Assembly (NCBI GenBank): GCA_964016885.1
Contig: OZ024741.1
Location: forward strand, 393,328,001-393,392,000
Reading direction: 5' to 3'
From: Eledone cirrhosa
Lineage: Eukaryota
DNA: 64,000 nucleotides
How positions within the stretch are numbered: the stretch's first letter is position 1; each line of letters starts with the position of its first letter. Under the pieces are notes generated by a model, which was not told the origin of the DNA, searched no databases, and saw only the letters and a program-made list of their open reading frames with translations. This document shows positions 42,807 through 57,911 of this stretch, one piece after another. The translations under genes were made by a program, and so were the position numbers.

Positions 42807-44749
42807 ATATTCGTTGTTAAATCTAGGAGGTAAGCTCCTACCAATATAATCTTACCAACTTTCACATGTGGCTACACTGGTAGAATGAATACTTTTAAAA
42901 ATAAAGAAACCAATACAAAACCATCCGGCGAAGAAAGCTAAAATATCACAGTACGTTCTTCAAAAATATATATATACATTGAATAATGAAGTCCTAATTA
43001 CATTGTTCTTAAAAACAAGATGGGGTGACCACAACTGGATGGGCCTGCTCAATTATAGCTGACCTGGAGCTAACAAATAACAATAGACTGCACAAAATCT
43101 GTTTTGCCGGCAATTCAATTTATAAAATTGAATCAAGAAATGATTACATTTTAAGTATTTTATATTTGTAAACAAAAAAATATATTCCATTTGAAATGCA
43201 TTGATAATATTCTTTTTCAATTCAGTTGAAAGTATACAATCTTCCGCGAGAGAATAAAAAAGTATAATAAAAAAAACGAATTTCTATACGATATATATAA
43301 ATATTAAAATAGTTATTTCGTTCCTTTCTGTCCCTATTTTTATCTTATTTTATTCTCTTAAATTGTGTTTACCTTTCTCGTGACTCGTGTTCTAGAGGTC
43401 ATAAATACAATTCACTTGACAAAACCAAAGAAATCAACAATTAAAACAAAGTTATGGAATTTTACCCCATAACTATGAATGTTTTTATTGTTATTACTCA
43501 CCCAAGTAACTAAATAAACAGAAGTAATGTATATTACATAGCAAACATTCCAAACGTAAATTTCTCTTGATAAATAAACATCCTATTGTGTTTATTTATC
43601 AGCCAATTCTAATTCAAGCAGTAAATATACATGGCGAAAAAGACGCTTTAAAGGGTAGGTCGTGTAATAGTAAGTCTAGAGATTTCTAAGAAAGCATCTA
43701 AATTAACATTACTTGAATGATATTGAATAACTAGACTGTTCATACTTGTTAGAGACATCCAACAGAGTTGTTGAAACAAGTTTAGTATATCGCTAGTTAT
43801 TGGTGTAATGCTTTAGATACAGAAAAGGGAGATTTAATAAAAAAAATTAAAAATCCAATAACTAAATAAATCACATTAGCAGAAGGAGTGAGTGTAGCAT
43901 CATTGACTATCAACAATTAAATTATAAAATGCGTAGGTATTTTGGAGTACCGCCTGAATAGGTAGGTATTTTGATGAGGTAGTTGCGATTTGGCAATCCT
44001 TGGTAAGTTAGTTGTAAGCAACGTATGCTAAGAGAACCATCCTAACGAATTAGTTACCAGAATAATGTAATGTGATTAGTGAATACTCGATAGACATATA
44101 TGCGCGCATAAATTATATGATATACACGTGTGAGCATGAATGTTTATATAAAATGTTAAAAGTAACTGATTTAATAATAGTGAGAAAATAGATAAAATAT
44201 TATCCAAATAAAATATTTCAATCGTAGGTGCAGATATACCTATGTATTTTTGACAAAGGAACAACAATATACAGGAATAATATTGTTGCATTTTGCTAAA
44301 ATATAATAGCATACAAAAAAGAAATATAATAAAGTTTCGTAAAATCGAATTAAACTATGCAAAGATAAGTAATTCCTATCAAAATGGATTTTCAATACAG
44401 AAACTCCAAATATATAGGCAGCATAAAAGGTGTAGTCCACAAAAAAAAAAGAATAGAAAGAAAAATAAAGCATTGATGGCAATCAGCAATGAAGTACGAT
44501 TTCGTAATTTAAATTTGAGATTTTTTAAAACAAAACAATACTCCAATAATAACGAATTCCTCTCAAAATGTTTATTTACAAATTATATTATATATTTTCC
44601 TTTGTACCATAATAAAAGATGATCAATCACTCAAAACTGAAGACACAAAATAACCTTAAAGAAAATCGAAATAAGACGTTATTCTGTGTGTATATATATA
44701 TATATGAGTGTATATATATGTGTGTGTGTGTGTGTAAAAGGTAAACAGG

Positions 44750-44803
<54 letters not shown>

Positions 44804-45017
44804 AGAAATGTAAGCAAAGGCCGTATTTTGACTAAAGAAATTATTTAGCCTGATAGTGGGGTTAAGAACCCTCGGAGAAATGGAAAAAGATGAGTATTGA
44901 CGTATAGATATATATGTATATATGAGAGTGTGTGTGTGTGTTTGTTTCAGAGGATCACTTAATAGGGTGAAGGGTGAAAGCAGAAATTTTTTGCTTAAAC
45001 TTTAATCTGTACTAATA

Positions 45018-45933
45018 ATATGTATATAAATGTATATACATATATATATATATACATAAGTGTATATATATATATACATAAATGTATAAGTGTATATACA
45101 CATATACATACATATATACACATATACATACATATATATATACAAATATATATACACATATACATATATATATACACATATACATATATATATATACACA
45201 AATATATATACATATACATACATATATATATACACAAATATATATACATATACATACATATATATATACACAAATATATATACATATACACATGTAAATA
45301 TATATATACACACACATATATACATACATATATACACAAATATATATACATATACACATGTATATATATATATATACACACATATATTCATAAATATATA
45401 TATACACATATATACACATATATACATACACATATATATACATATATATACACATACATACATATAGATACTCATATACATATATATACGCATATACACA
45501 TATATGTACATATATGTCATACACACACATATATATATACATATATGTACATACACATATACATATACATATATGTACATACGCACATACATATATGTAT
45601 ATACATATATATACGCATATACACATATATGTACATATATGTCATACACACATATATATACATACACATATACATATATGTACATAGACACATACATATA
45701 TGTATTTATATATATATAAATACATATATATGTATATACATATATATCTATACATATATATAAATACATATATGTATATAAATACATATATGTATATAAA
45801 TACATATATATATATATATGTATATACATATATATTTATATGCATATATATTTATATGCATATATATTTATATGCATATATATTTATATGCATATACATA
45901 TATATATATACATATATATTTATATGCATATAC

Positions 45934-45984
<51 letters not shown>

Positions 45985-46119
45985 CATATATATGCATATA
46001 CATGCATATACATATATATATATATGCATATATATTTATATGCATATACATATATATATATACATATATATATATATACATTATACATATATATGCATAT
46101 ACATATGCATATATATTTA

Positions 46120-46150
<31 letters not shown>

Positions 46151-46152
46151 GC
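45018..46152. repeat. TA/CA-rich compound microsatellite
   Basis: Direct reading. Confidence 0.95.
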
Positions 46153-46254
46153 ATAGTATTGAAATTTCAGTTAGAAACAGAAAAGGTCATAGAATTGAAG
46201 AGTGCTCTATGTCAGTATCAGAGCAAAATTTAATGTATAAAATCAATACAATAT

Positions 46255-46334
46255 TATTACCTCATTACCAGAGGTTTCCCGAATGAGGCGAATACGAAAT
46301 AAACGACTTCCTTCGTTCGTCAGACGAGGCAATA
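46255..46334 (-). ncRNA. Type I hammerhead ribozyme motif with long stem II
   Basis: 11-bp stem I UAUUGCCUCGU/AUGAGGUAAUA, CUGACGA core, GAAA, stem III ACC-ucu-GGU, GUA cleavage triplet. Confidence 0.72.
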
Positions 46335-46626
46335 TGCATATACATATATATATATACATATATATATATACATATATACATATATATATACACATATATA
46401 TATACACATATATACATATATATATACACATATATATATACACATATATATATATACATATATATATACACATATATACATATACATATATATATACACA
46501 TATATACATATATATATACATATATACATATATATATACACATATATACATATATATATACATATATATATACATATATACATATATATATACACATATA
46601 TATAATCATATATACACATATATATA
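46335..46626. repeat. TA/CA microsatellite
   Basis: Direct reading. Confidence 0.95.
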
Positions 46627-48761
46627 ATCAAAGATATGAAGACGGGTAAGGCGGCTGGTCCTTCGGAAATAGTTGCTGAGATGCTGAAGGCATCTGGTTC
46701 GGTGGGACACACCATGGTCACCCGGATAGTTAACCAAGTCGTACAGAATGGGGTTGTTCCGAAGGACTGGCGTAGCAGCATCATCGTTAACTGCTATAAG
46801 GGAAAAGGAGATGCCCTAGATAGGAGTAACTATAGAGGCATTAAATTAATCGACCAGGTCATGAAGGTCACGGAAATAGTAATAGCGCAACTAATCAGAG
46901 AGAGAATTGATCTAGATGAAATGCAGTTCGGGTTTGTGTCAGGCAAAAGTACCACAGACGCTCTTTTCATTGTACGACAACTACAGGAGAAGTACCTAGC
47001 TAAAAGTAAACCCCTATACTTAGCTTTCGTCGACTTGGAGAAAGCCTTCGACAGAGTCCCCCGTTCCATTATCTGGTGGGCTCTTAGAAAACTAGGTGTT
47101 GACGAATGGCTTGTGAGAGCTATACAAGCCATGTATACAGAAACAGTCAGTAAGGTTAGAATTAACAACGAATATAGTGAAGAATTTAGCGTAAAAGTTG
47201 GTGTTCATCAGGGCTCTGTTCTTAGCCCCCTACTATTTATTATTGCCCTCCAGGCTATAACAGTGGAGTTCAAGACCGGCTGCCCATGGGAACTCCTATA
47301 CGCAGATGATCTAACGCTCATAGCTGAATCAATGACCGAACTAGAGAAGAAATTCCAAACATGGAAGCACGGCCTAGAATCAAAAGGCCTTAAAATTAAC
47401 CTGGCTAAGACTAAAGTTCTAGTTTGTAGGAAAGAAAATAAGGCGGCAGTCCCATCTGGGAAATGGCCATGCTCAGTGTGTAGGAAAGGCGTAGGTAGAA
47501 ACTCCATTTTATGTCCCAAATGCAAAGTATGGGTGCATAAAAGATGTAGTGGGATCACAGGTAAGCTAACTAAGAACATAGATTTTACATGTGGCCGGTG
47601 CTCTGGTGCAATAAGTAGCAGCAAGTGCCCACAAAATACTAGCTCCTTCAACTGCGCAGAGGGTTCTATAGAAATAGTGGACAGCTTCCGTTACCTGGGT
47701 GACAAAATCAGCAGTGGGGGAGGGTGCTCTGAAAGTACTGTAGCTAGAGTCAGAACTGGATGGAAAAAGTTCAGAGAGCTTATACCACTATTAGCCGCTA
47801 GAGGGTTCTCCCTAAAAATGAAAGGCAGGTTATACGATGCCTGCATACGAACAGCAATGCTGCATGGCAGTGAGACCTGGGCATTGTGTGCAGAGGATAT
47901 ACGCAGACTAGAGAGGAACAAAGCTTGCATGCTCCGCTGGATGTGCAATAGTAATATACGTGAACGGCAAAGCATAAACGAACTAAGGAAAAAATTAGAA
48001 ATAAGAGGGATCAGATGTTGTTTACTCGAGAGAAGGCTACGTTGGTACGGTCACGTGATGCGCATGAAAGACGACAGCTGTATAACAAAGTGCAGGGCAA
48101 TAAAGATAGACGGTAGCCACGGAGTAGGCAGACCCAGAAAAACATGGGACGAGCTGATAAATTCCGACCTCACACACTTACACCTCTCCAAGACAATGTC
48201 ACTGGACCGAGACCTTAGGCGGTACTCAGTAATAGAGAAGACCCGCCTTACCTAAATACAAAGTAAAAACCTACTACAGTCAGTAGGCATCTCTATCAAA
48301 ACACCCCCCCGTCCCACCACCTCCACCCCATCCACACCGCTCCTTTCAATGTAAAGTTATATTGGTCCCACAACATCCAGGCCGAAACAAATGAGATCGT
48401 GTAGGTGTCACGACAAAAAAACACACAGTCCACGCTGTAAATGTGGCCGTGTAGGCAACACGGTAAAAACCTCCCAGCCCCACACTGTAAATGTGGTTGG
48501 TGTTAGGAAGGGCATCCAGCTGTAGAAAACCCGCCAGACAGTCCACGCTGTAATGTGGCCGTGTAGGCAACACGGTAAAAACCTCCCAGCCCCACACTGT
48601 AAATGTGGTTGGTGTTAGGAAGGGCATCCAACTGTAGAAAACCCGCCAGACAGTCCTATGCGAGCAAGACAACCACTCTTGCCTCAAGTGGGAAAACCCC
48701 CGTCCAAACCCATGCAAGCGTGGAACACGGACGCTAAACCTGATGATGATGATGATGATGA
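46627..48761 (+). mobile_element. Young 5'-truncated RTE LINE family A inserted in microsatellite
   Basis: Intact 539-aa ORF, 3' UTR with internal duplication of about 110 bp, (GAT)n tail. Confidence 0.95.
46636..48255 (+). CDS. RTE reverse transcriptase ORF with embedded PHD finger (47470-47601)
   Basis: All RT motifs including LLYADD; nearly identical in protein to 30573-32690. Confidence 0.9.
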   Translation: MKTGKAAGPSEIVAEMLKASGSVGHTMVTRIVNQVVQNGVVPKDWRSSIIVNCYKGKGDALDRSNYRGIKLIDQVMKVTEIVIAQLIRERIDLDEMQFGFVSGKSTTDALFIVRQLQEKYLAKSKPLYLAFVDLEKAFDRVPRSIIWWALRKLGVDEWLVRAIQAMYTETVSKVRINNEYSEEFSVKVGVHQGSVLSPLLFIIALQAITVEFKTGCPWELLYADDLTLIAESMTELEKKFQTWKHGLESKGLKINLAKTKVLVCRKENKAAVPSGKWPCSVCRKGVGRNSILCPKCKVWVHKRCSGITGKLTKNIDFTCGRCSGAISSSKCPQNTSSFNCAEGSIEIVDSFRYLGDKISSGGGCSESTVARVRTGWKKFRELIPLLAARGFSLKMKGRLYDACIRTAMLHGSETWALCAEDIRRLERNKACMLRWMCNSNIRERQSINELRKKLEIRGIRCCLLERRLRWYGHVMRMKDDSCITKCRAIKIDGSHGVGRPRKTWDELINSDLTHLHLSKTMSLDRDLRRYSVIEKTRLT

Positions 48762-48796
48762 TATACATACATATACATATATATATACATATATAC

Positions 48797-48845
<49 letters not shown>

Positions 48846-48870
48846 CATACATATATACATATATATATAC

Positions 48871-48904
<34 letters not shown>

Positions 48905-49119
48905 TTCGTTTCTGAATTTGTTTAGCAAGATTCTTTATCTGAAATCGTGTGTTGAAACCGATATTGTTATACTTTGGGAGGGTCATGTTGCCAATAAGAA
49001 ACACACGCACCAGTTGCTATCACTTCAATTTAATTTATTAAATATTTATAAATTTACAAATTTATAAATTTCTGGTTGGTTGGTTGGTTCCACAACCAGA
49101 TAGTTGTTTATATATATAT

Positions 49120-49164
49120 AGTCATAGTTCTTTCGTCACACACTCTGTGACCTCTTCAGTGACT
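49120..49164 (-). ncRNA. Minimal type I hammerhead ribozyme in pLTR
   Basis: AGUCA CUGAAGA G GUCACA-gagug-UGUGAC GAAA G-aa-CUA UGACU. Confidence 0.75.
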
Positions 49165-50231
49165 GGGGATTTCTTTCTTCGTATCTGTGCCTTTCCTTTC
49201 TTCTATCCTACGCCATTTTGTTTGTGTGTGGGTTGCGTGCTCAGTTTGCGCATGCGCCACATCCGGGTGTCTGTGTGTGTTTGTGTTCATTTTTCTATTT
49301 TTCTATTTATATTTTTCTATTTGTTTGTTTATTTATTTATTTATTGTTGGTTGGTTGTTTGTTCTATGTGCGTGTGTGTTTTCATTTTGTCTTGTGTGTG
49401 TTTTCATTTTGTGTGTGTTTTCAATTGTAAATTGTTTGTTCTATGTGTGTGTGTGTTTTCATTTTGTCCTTAATTGTAAGTTGTGATGTTGCTGTTCCAC
49501 TCATATTTTCTATTTAATTTTGGTTTTAATTCTTTTATGCTTACTGCCTCTGTAATTTGCCTAAACATTGCGTCTTTCTTGTGTGTGGATTCTATTTTTA
49601 TTTATTTATAACTGTAAAACTAGAAATGTGGTATATAGCATAAGATGTACTGAAGGACAATGTAGAAACAAAAATGTAGTGTACATAGGTGAGACAGCTC
49701 GTAGTATAGGGGAACGAATAAATGAACACTGGCGAGACCTCCAAGATAGTAAAGAATCATCTGTGCTCTACCAACATGCTAAGATAGAACACAGGGGTAA
49801 ATTAGAGAGCATAGAAATAAAAATAGAATCCACACACAAGAAAGACGCAATGTTTAGGCAAATTACAGAGGCAGTAAGCATAAAAGAATTAAAACCAAAA
49901 TTAAATAGAAAATATGAGTGGAACAGCAACATCACAACTTACAATTAAGGACAAAATGAAAACACACACACACATAGAACAAACAACTTACAATTGAAAA
50001 CACACACAAAATGAAAACACACACACACATAGAACAAACAACCAACCAACAATAAATAAATAAATAAACAAACAAATAGAAAAATATAAATAGAAAAATA
50101 GAAAAATGAACACAAACACACACAGACACCCGGATGTGGCGCATGCGCAAACTGAGCACGCAACCCACACACAAACAAAATGGCGTAGGATAGAAGAAAG
50201 GAAAGGCACAGAAACGAAGAAAGAAATCCCC

Positions 50232-50276
50232 AGTCACTGAAGAGGTCACAGAGTGTGTGACGAAAGAACTATGACT
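50232..50276 (+). ncRNA. Minimal type I hammerhead ribozyme in pLTR
   Basis: Identical to the 49120-49164 motif. Confidence 0.75.
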
Positions 50277-50432
50277 ATATATATATAAACAACTATCTGG
50301 TTGTGGAACCAACCAACCAACCAGAAATTTATAAATTTGTAAATTTATAAATATTTAATAAATTAAATTGAAGTGAAAGCAACTGGTGCGTGTGTTTCTT
50401 ATTGGCAACATGACCCTCCCAAAGTATAACAA

Positions 50433-53536
<3,104 letters not shown>

Positions 53537-53829
53537 AAAAACAAATAACGAAACGAAATTAAATTTCGCTTCGTTTGTAACTCACTTTTGTATGATGACG
53601 CTTAAACAATTAAGTTAAAAATGTACATCTACATATGCATACTGAAATACTAGTGTGTATATGAATACACACACGTATACATATGTAGGTGTACCAAGTC
53701 TTTCACTGGATGCTTTACTGTGAGCAGCCCAGCTATTCTGTATGTAAACACACAGACAAACCGGTTTTTAGAGTCATACTGGTTTTCGGGTGAACACCTT
53801 CCCTCTATTCTCCAGGAAGCCAGACAAGG

Positions 53830-53874
53830 AATATTGAACTAGTTTCGTTGTTGTTACAACTCATCAGCAATATT
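53830..53874 (-). ncRNA. Minimal type I hammerhead ribozyme
   Basis: AAUAUUG CUGAUGA GUUGU-aaca-ACAAC GAAA C-ua-GUU CAAUAUU; canonical core, palindromic stem III ACUAGU. Confidence 0.85.
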
Positions 53875-54030
53875 TACCTATCTACCGGCCCTTCTGGAGA
53901 ATTGTAAAAGCACATATCGTTATATGCTTTTTCTATAAAAATTAGTAGTGGGCAGACTAATTTGCATAGAGTGTGAGTACGCATCGGTTCAGCGGAGACG
54001 ATAAAAACACTAGTATTTCAGTATGCATAT

Positions 54031-54230
54031 NNNNNNNNNNNNNNNNNNNNNNNNNNNNNNNNNNNNNNNNNNNNNNNNNNNNNNNNNNNNNNNNNNNNNN
54101 NNNNNNNNNNNNNNNNNNNNNNNNNNNNNNNNNNNNNNNNNNNNNNNNNNNNNNNNNNNNNNNNNNNNNNNNNNNNNNNNNNNNNNNNNNNNNNNNNNNN
54201 NNNNNNNNNNNNNNNNNNNNNNNNNNNNNN
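54031..54230. other. Assembly gap (200 N)
   Basis: Run of N. Confidence 1.
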
Positions 54231-54249
54231 TATATATATATATATATAG

Positions 54250-54309
<60 letters not shown>

Positions 54310-54334
54310 GTATATATATATGTATATATATATG

Positions 54335-54385
<51 letters not shown>

Positions 54386-54400
54386 GTATATATATATGTA

Positions 54401-54487
<87 letters not shown>

Positions 54488-54491
54488 TACA

Positions 54492-54567
<76 letters not shown>

Positions 54568-54634
54568 CATATATACATATATATATACATATATATATAC
54601 ATATATATATATACATATATACATATATATATAC

Positions 54635-54685
<51 letters not shown>

Positions 54686-54736
54686 CATATATATATACAT
54701 ATATATATACATATATATACATATATATATATATAT

Positions 54737-54814
<78 letters not shown>

Positions 54815-54825
54815 CATATATATAT
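54231..54825. repeat. (TA)n microsatellite
   Basis: Direct reading. Confidence 0.97.
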
Positions 54826-55908
54826 AGGACTGTCTGGCAGGTTTTCTACAGTTGGATGCCCTTCCTAACACCAACCACATTTACAGTGTGGGTCTGGGAG
54901 GTTTTTACCGTGTTGCCTACACGGCCACATTACAGCGTGGACTGTGTGTTTTTTTGTCGTGACACCTACACGATCTCATTTGTTTCGGCCTGGATGGTGT
55001 GGCACCAACATAACTTTACATAGAACGGGGTGGTGTGGATGGGGTGGGGGTGGTGGGACGGGGGTTTATTTTGTTAGAGATGCCTACTGACTGTAGTAGG
55101 TTTTACTTTGTATTTAGGTAAGGCGGGTCTTCTCTGTTACTGAGTACCGCCAAAGGTCTCGGTCCAGTGACATTGTCTTGGTGAGGTGTAAGTGTGTGAG
55201 GTCGGAGTTTATCAGCTCGTCCCAGGTTTTTCTGGGTCTGCCTATTCCGTGGCTACCGTCTATCTTTATTGCCCTGCACTTTGTTATACAGCTATCGTCC
55301 TTCATGCGCATCACGTGACCATACCAACGTAGCCTTTTCTCGAGTAAACAACATCTGATCCCTCTTATCTCTAATTTTTTCCTTAGTTCGTTTATGCTTT
55401 GTCGTTCACGTATATTACTATTACACATCCAGCGGAGCATGCAAGCTTCGTTTCTCTCTAGTCTGCGTATATCCTCTGCACACAATGCCCAGGTCTCACT
55501 GCCATGCAACATTGCTGTTCGTATGCAGGCATCGTACAGCCTGCCTTTCATTTTTAGGGAGAACCCTTTAGCGGCTAATAGTGGTATAAGCTCTCTGAAC
55601 TTTTTCCACCCAGTTCTGACTCTAGCTACTGTACTTTCAGAGCACCCTCCCCCACTGCTGATTTTGTCACCCAGGTAACGGAAGCTGTCCACTATTTCTT
55701 TTGAACCCTCTGCGCAGTTGAAAGAGCTAGTATTTTGTGGGCACTTGCTGCTACTTATTGCCCCAGAACACCGGCCACATGTAAAATCTATGTTCTTAGT
55801 TAGCTTACCTGTTATCCCACTACATCTTTTATGCACCCAAACTTTGCATTTGGGACACAAAATGGAATTTCTACCTACGCCTTTCCTACACTCTGCGCAT
55901 GGCCATTT
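54826..55908 (-). mobile_element. RTE family A 3' fragment (PHD to 3' UTR), terminal tail missing
   Basis: ORF 55114-55980 from WPCAEC onward matches the C-terminus of the 30573 ORF. Confidence 0.93.
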
Positions 55909-56159
55909 TGTTTGTGTGTTGGTTGCGTGCTCAGTTTGCGCATGCGCCACATCCGGGTGTCTGTGTGTGTTTGTGTTCATTTTTCTATTTTTCTATTTAT
56001 ATTTTTCTATTTGTTTGTTTATTTATTTATTTATTGTTGGTTGGTTGTTTGTTCTATGTGTGTGTGTGTTTTCATTTTGTCTTGTGTGTGTTTTCATTTT
56101 GTGTGTGTTTTCAATTGTAAGTTGTTTGTTCTATGTGTGTGTGTGTTTTCATTTTGTCC

Positions 56160-57911
56160 TTAATTGTAAGTTGTGATGTTGCTGTTCCACTCATATTTTC
56201 TATTTAATTTTGGTTTTAATTCTTTTATGCTTACTGCTTCTGTAATTTGCCTAAACATTGCGTCTTTCTTGTGTGTGGATTCTATTTTTATTTCTATGCT
56301 CTCTAATTTACCCCTGTGTTCTATCTTAGCATGTTGGTAGAGCACAGATGATTCTTTATTATCTTGGAGGTCTCGCCAGTGTTCATTTATTCGTTCCCCT
56401 ATACTACGAGCTGTCTCACCTATGTACACTATATTTTTGTTTCTACATTGTCCTTCAGTACATCTTATGCTATATACTACATTTCTAGTTTTACAGTTAA
56501 TATGGGGGCTTATTTTACAGGTTATACATTTCTTATCTATACATGAGGGTCTTTGGAACGGGTATGTCTTGCTAATAAGTGTTTTTACGGAGGTACCAGG
56601 TCTTTCTACTATCTTAATATTGAGATTATGTTTCTTTAGGGCCCTTCTAAATTTGTAGGCTAGTTCGCCTCTAGGGGTTGTATTGATGAACATTACACTC
56701 TGGTATTTATTGCTATCATACCATGAGTTTATTCTATTGGCCTTGTTCTTAGTTCTTTCTATTCTATTCCAAAATTTGCTCCTATACAAGGGGCAGGTCC
56801 CATTTATGTCATTATTTACCATTTTTTCCCATTTGGTTCTGGCTCCTTTATACACTCTGATTCTATCTCTCTGATTGTAGCCAGAGAACTGCATACGGTG
56901 GATGAAGTGTTGTATGTGTCTCTCTAGTTCTTCGGGGTTGCACATGCGGGACACATTTCTCATCACCCGTACCAAATCCGCAATCAGTATGTTGATTTTG
57001 TTATGGTCCGAAATGGCCGAGTTTCGGTGGATCAGATGTTTGGAAGTCATGGGTTTGGCATAATGGGAATGGAGGATTTGTTTTTGGTTGTTAATTGTAT
57101 CTAACCAGAGCTCTGTGTCTAGTACAGGTAATCGATGGTTGGCGTGTCTACTTGGGTAGTCTATAGTAACTCTAATGCTCTGGTGGATGGAGTTTGCTAT
57201 TTGCTGGATGCTTTCCATTGTGTTTTTCTCTAGTTCCTGACTGTTCTTTAGTGGGGGTGTCTTAACTACGATGTTTATATCATCTACGTAGCGGGAGTAC
57301 ATTATCAGGGTTAAGCTGTCTTCTAATTGTTCATTAAGTTTTTGTTTAAGTCTACTGTCCCACCATACCATGAATAAGTTAGCTATGTCGCCTGCAATGC
57401 TAACACCAATGGCTGCTCCTTCCTCTTGGGCATATGTTTTACCATTAAATTTGAACATATGTTCCTTAAGGGTTAATTTTATGCTGGCCCCTACTGCATG
57501 TGCAATCATTTTCTTCAGTTCATCGTGGTTTTCGGGTGTCCGTATGGCTCTGGTCCACCCATTCCATCTATCTGTGTGGGTTTTCTTGGCCATTGAGGTA
57601 ATGGTAGGTGGTATGCCTCTTGCTGGTCTTGTAGGGCACAGGTTGCTAAGGTCATAAGTGTCTAGGTAACTATTACTATGGGTAAGCTTAAGTAGAAGTC
57701 CCAGCTCACTGGTATCAATCCCACGGAACTCAACCTTGCTCTCGCTGATCATTTCGACGCATTTCTCCACAGCAAAATCCACGTCAATAGATGGATATAG
57801 GGACACAACATCCATACTGCCTATTATGCAGTTTGTTAGGTCCCCAGATCGGTTACCCACGCCGATTCTGCTGAGGAGGTCCTCCGTGCTGTCACACACA
57901 TCTGGGGACAT
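56160..57911 (-). CDS. Penelope-like RT + Zn linker + GIY-YIG endonuclease (583 aa, N-terminally truncated)
   Basis: SMDVVSLYPSI, QEEGAAIG, RYVDD, LPVLD, CIDKKCITC, VVYSIRC...VYIGET.RS..ER..EH, RQITEA, LN. Confidence 0.93.
   Translation of the reverse strand: MSPDVCDSTEDLLSRIGVGNRSGDLTNCIIGSMDVVSLYPSIDVDFAVEKCVEMISESKVEFRGIDTSELGLLLKLTHSNSYLDTYDLSNLCPTRPARGIPPTITSMAKKTHTDRWNGWTRAIRTPENHDELKKMIAHAVGASIKLTLKEHMFKFNGKTYAQEEGAAIGVSIAGDIANLFMVWWDSRLKQKLNEQLEDSLTLIMYSRYVDDINIVVKTPPLKNSQELEKNTMESIQQIANSIHQSIRVTIDYPSRHANHRLPVLDTELWLDTINNQKQILHSHYAKPMTSKHLIHRNSAISDHNKINILIADLVRVMRNVSRMCNPEELERHIQHFIHRMQFSGYNQRDRIRVYKGARTKWEKMVNNDINGTCPLYRSKFWNRIERTKNKANRINSWYDSNKYQSVMFINTTPRGELAYKFRRALKKHNLNIKIVERPGTSVKTLISKTYPFQRPSCIDKKCITCKISPHINCKTRNVVYSIRCTEGQCRNKNIVYIGETARSIGERINEHWRDLQDNKESSVLYQHAKIEHRGKLESIEIKIESTHKKDAMFRQITEAVSIKELKPKLNRKYEWNSNITTYN

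Larger units (their letters stand above)
48905..50432. mobile_element. Short Penelope-like element: GIY-YIG C-terminus + pLTR (+, 49601-50432) preceded by an inverted pLTR (-, 48905-49600)
   Basis: ORF 49568-49948 VVYSIRC...VYIGETARS; both arms match 55902-56480 and 57981-58740. Confidence 0.92.

Noticed and set aside
44848-44882. CTGATAG-GGGTT/AACCC-GAAA hairpin
   Set aside because: Core is CUGAUAG rather than CUGAnGA and flanking stems are missing
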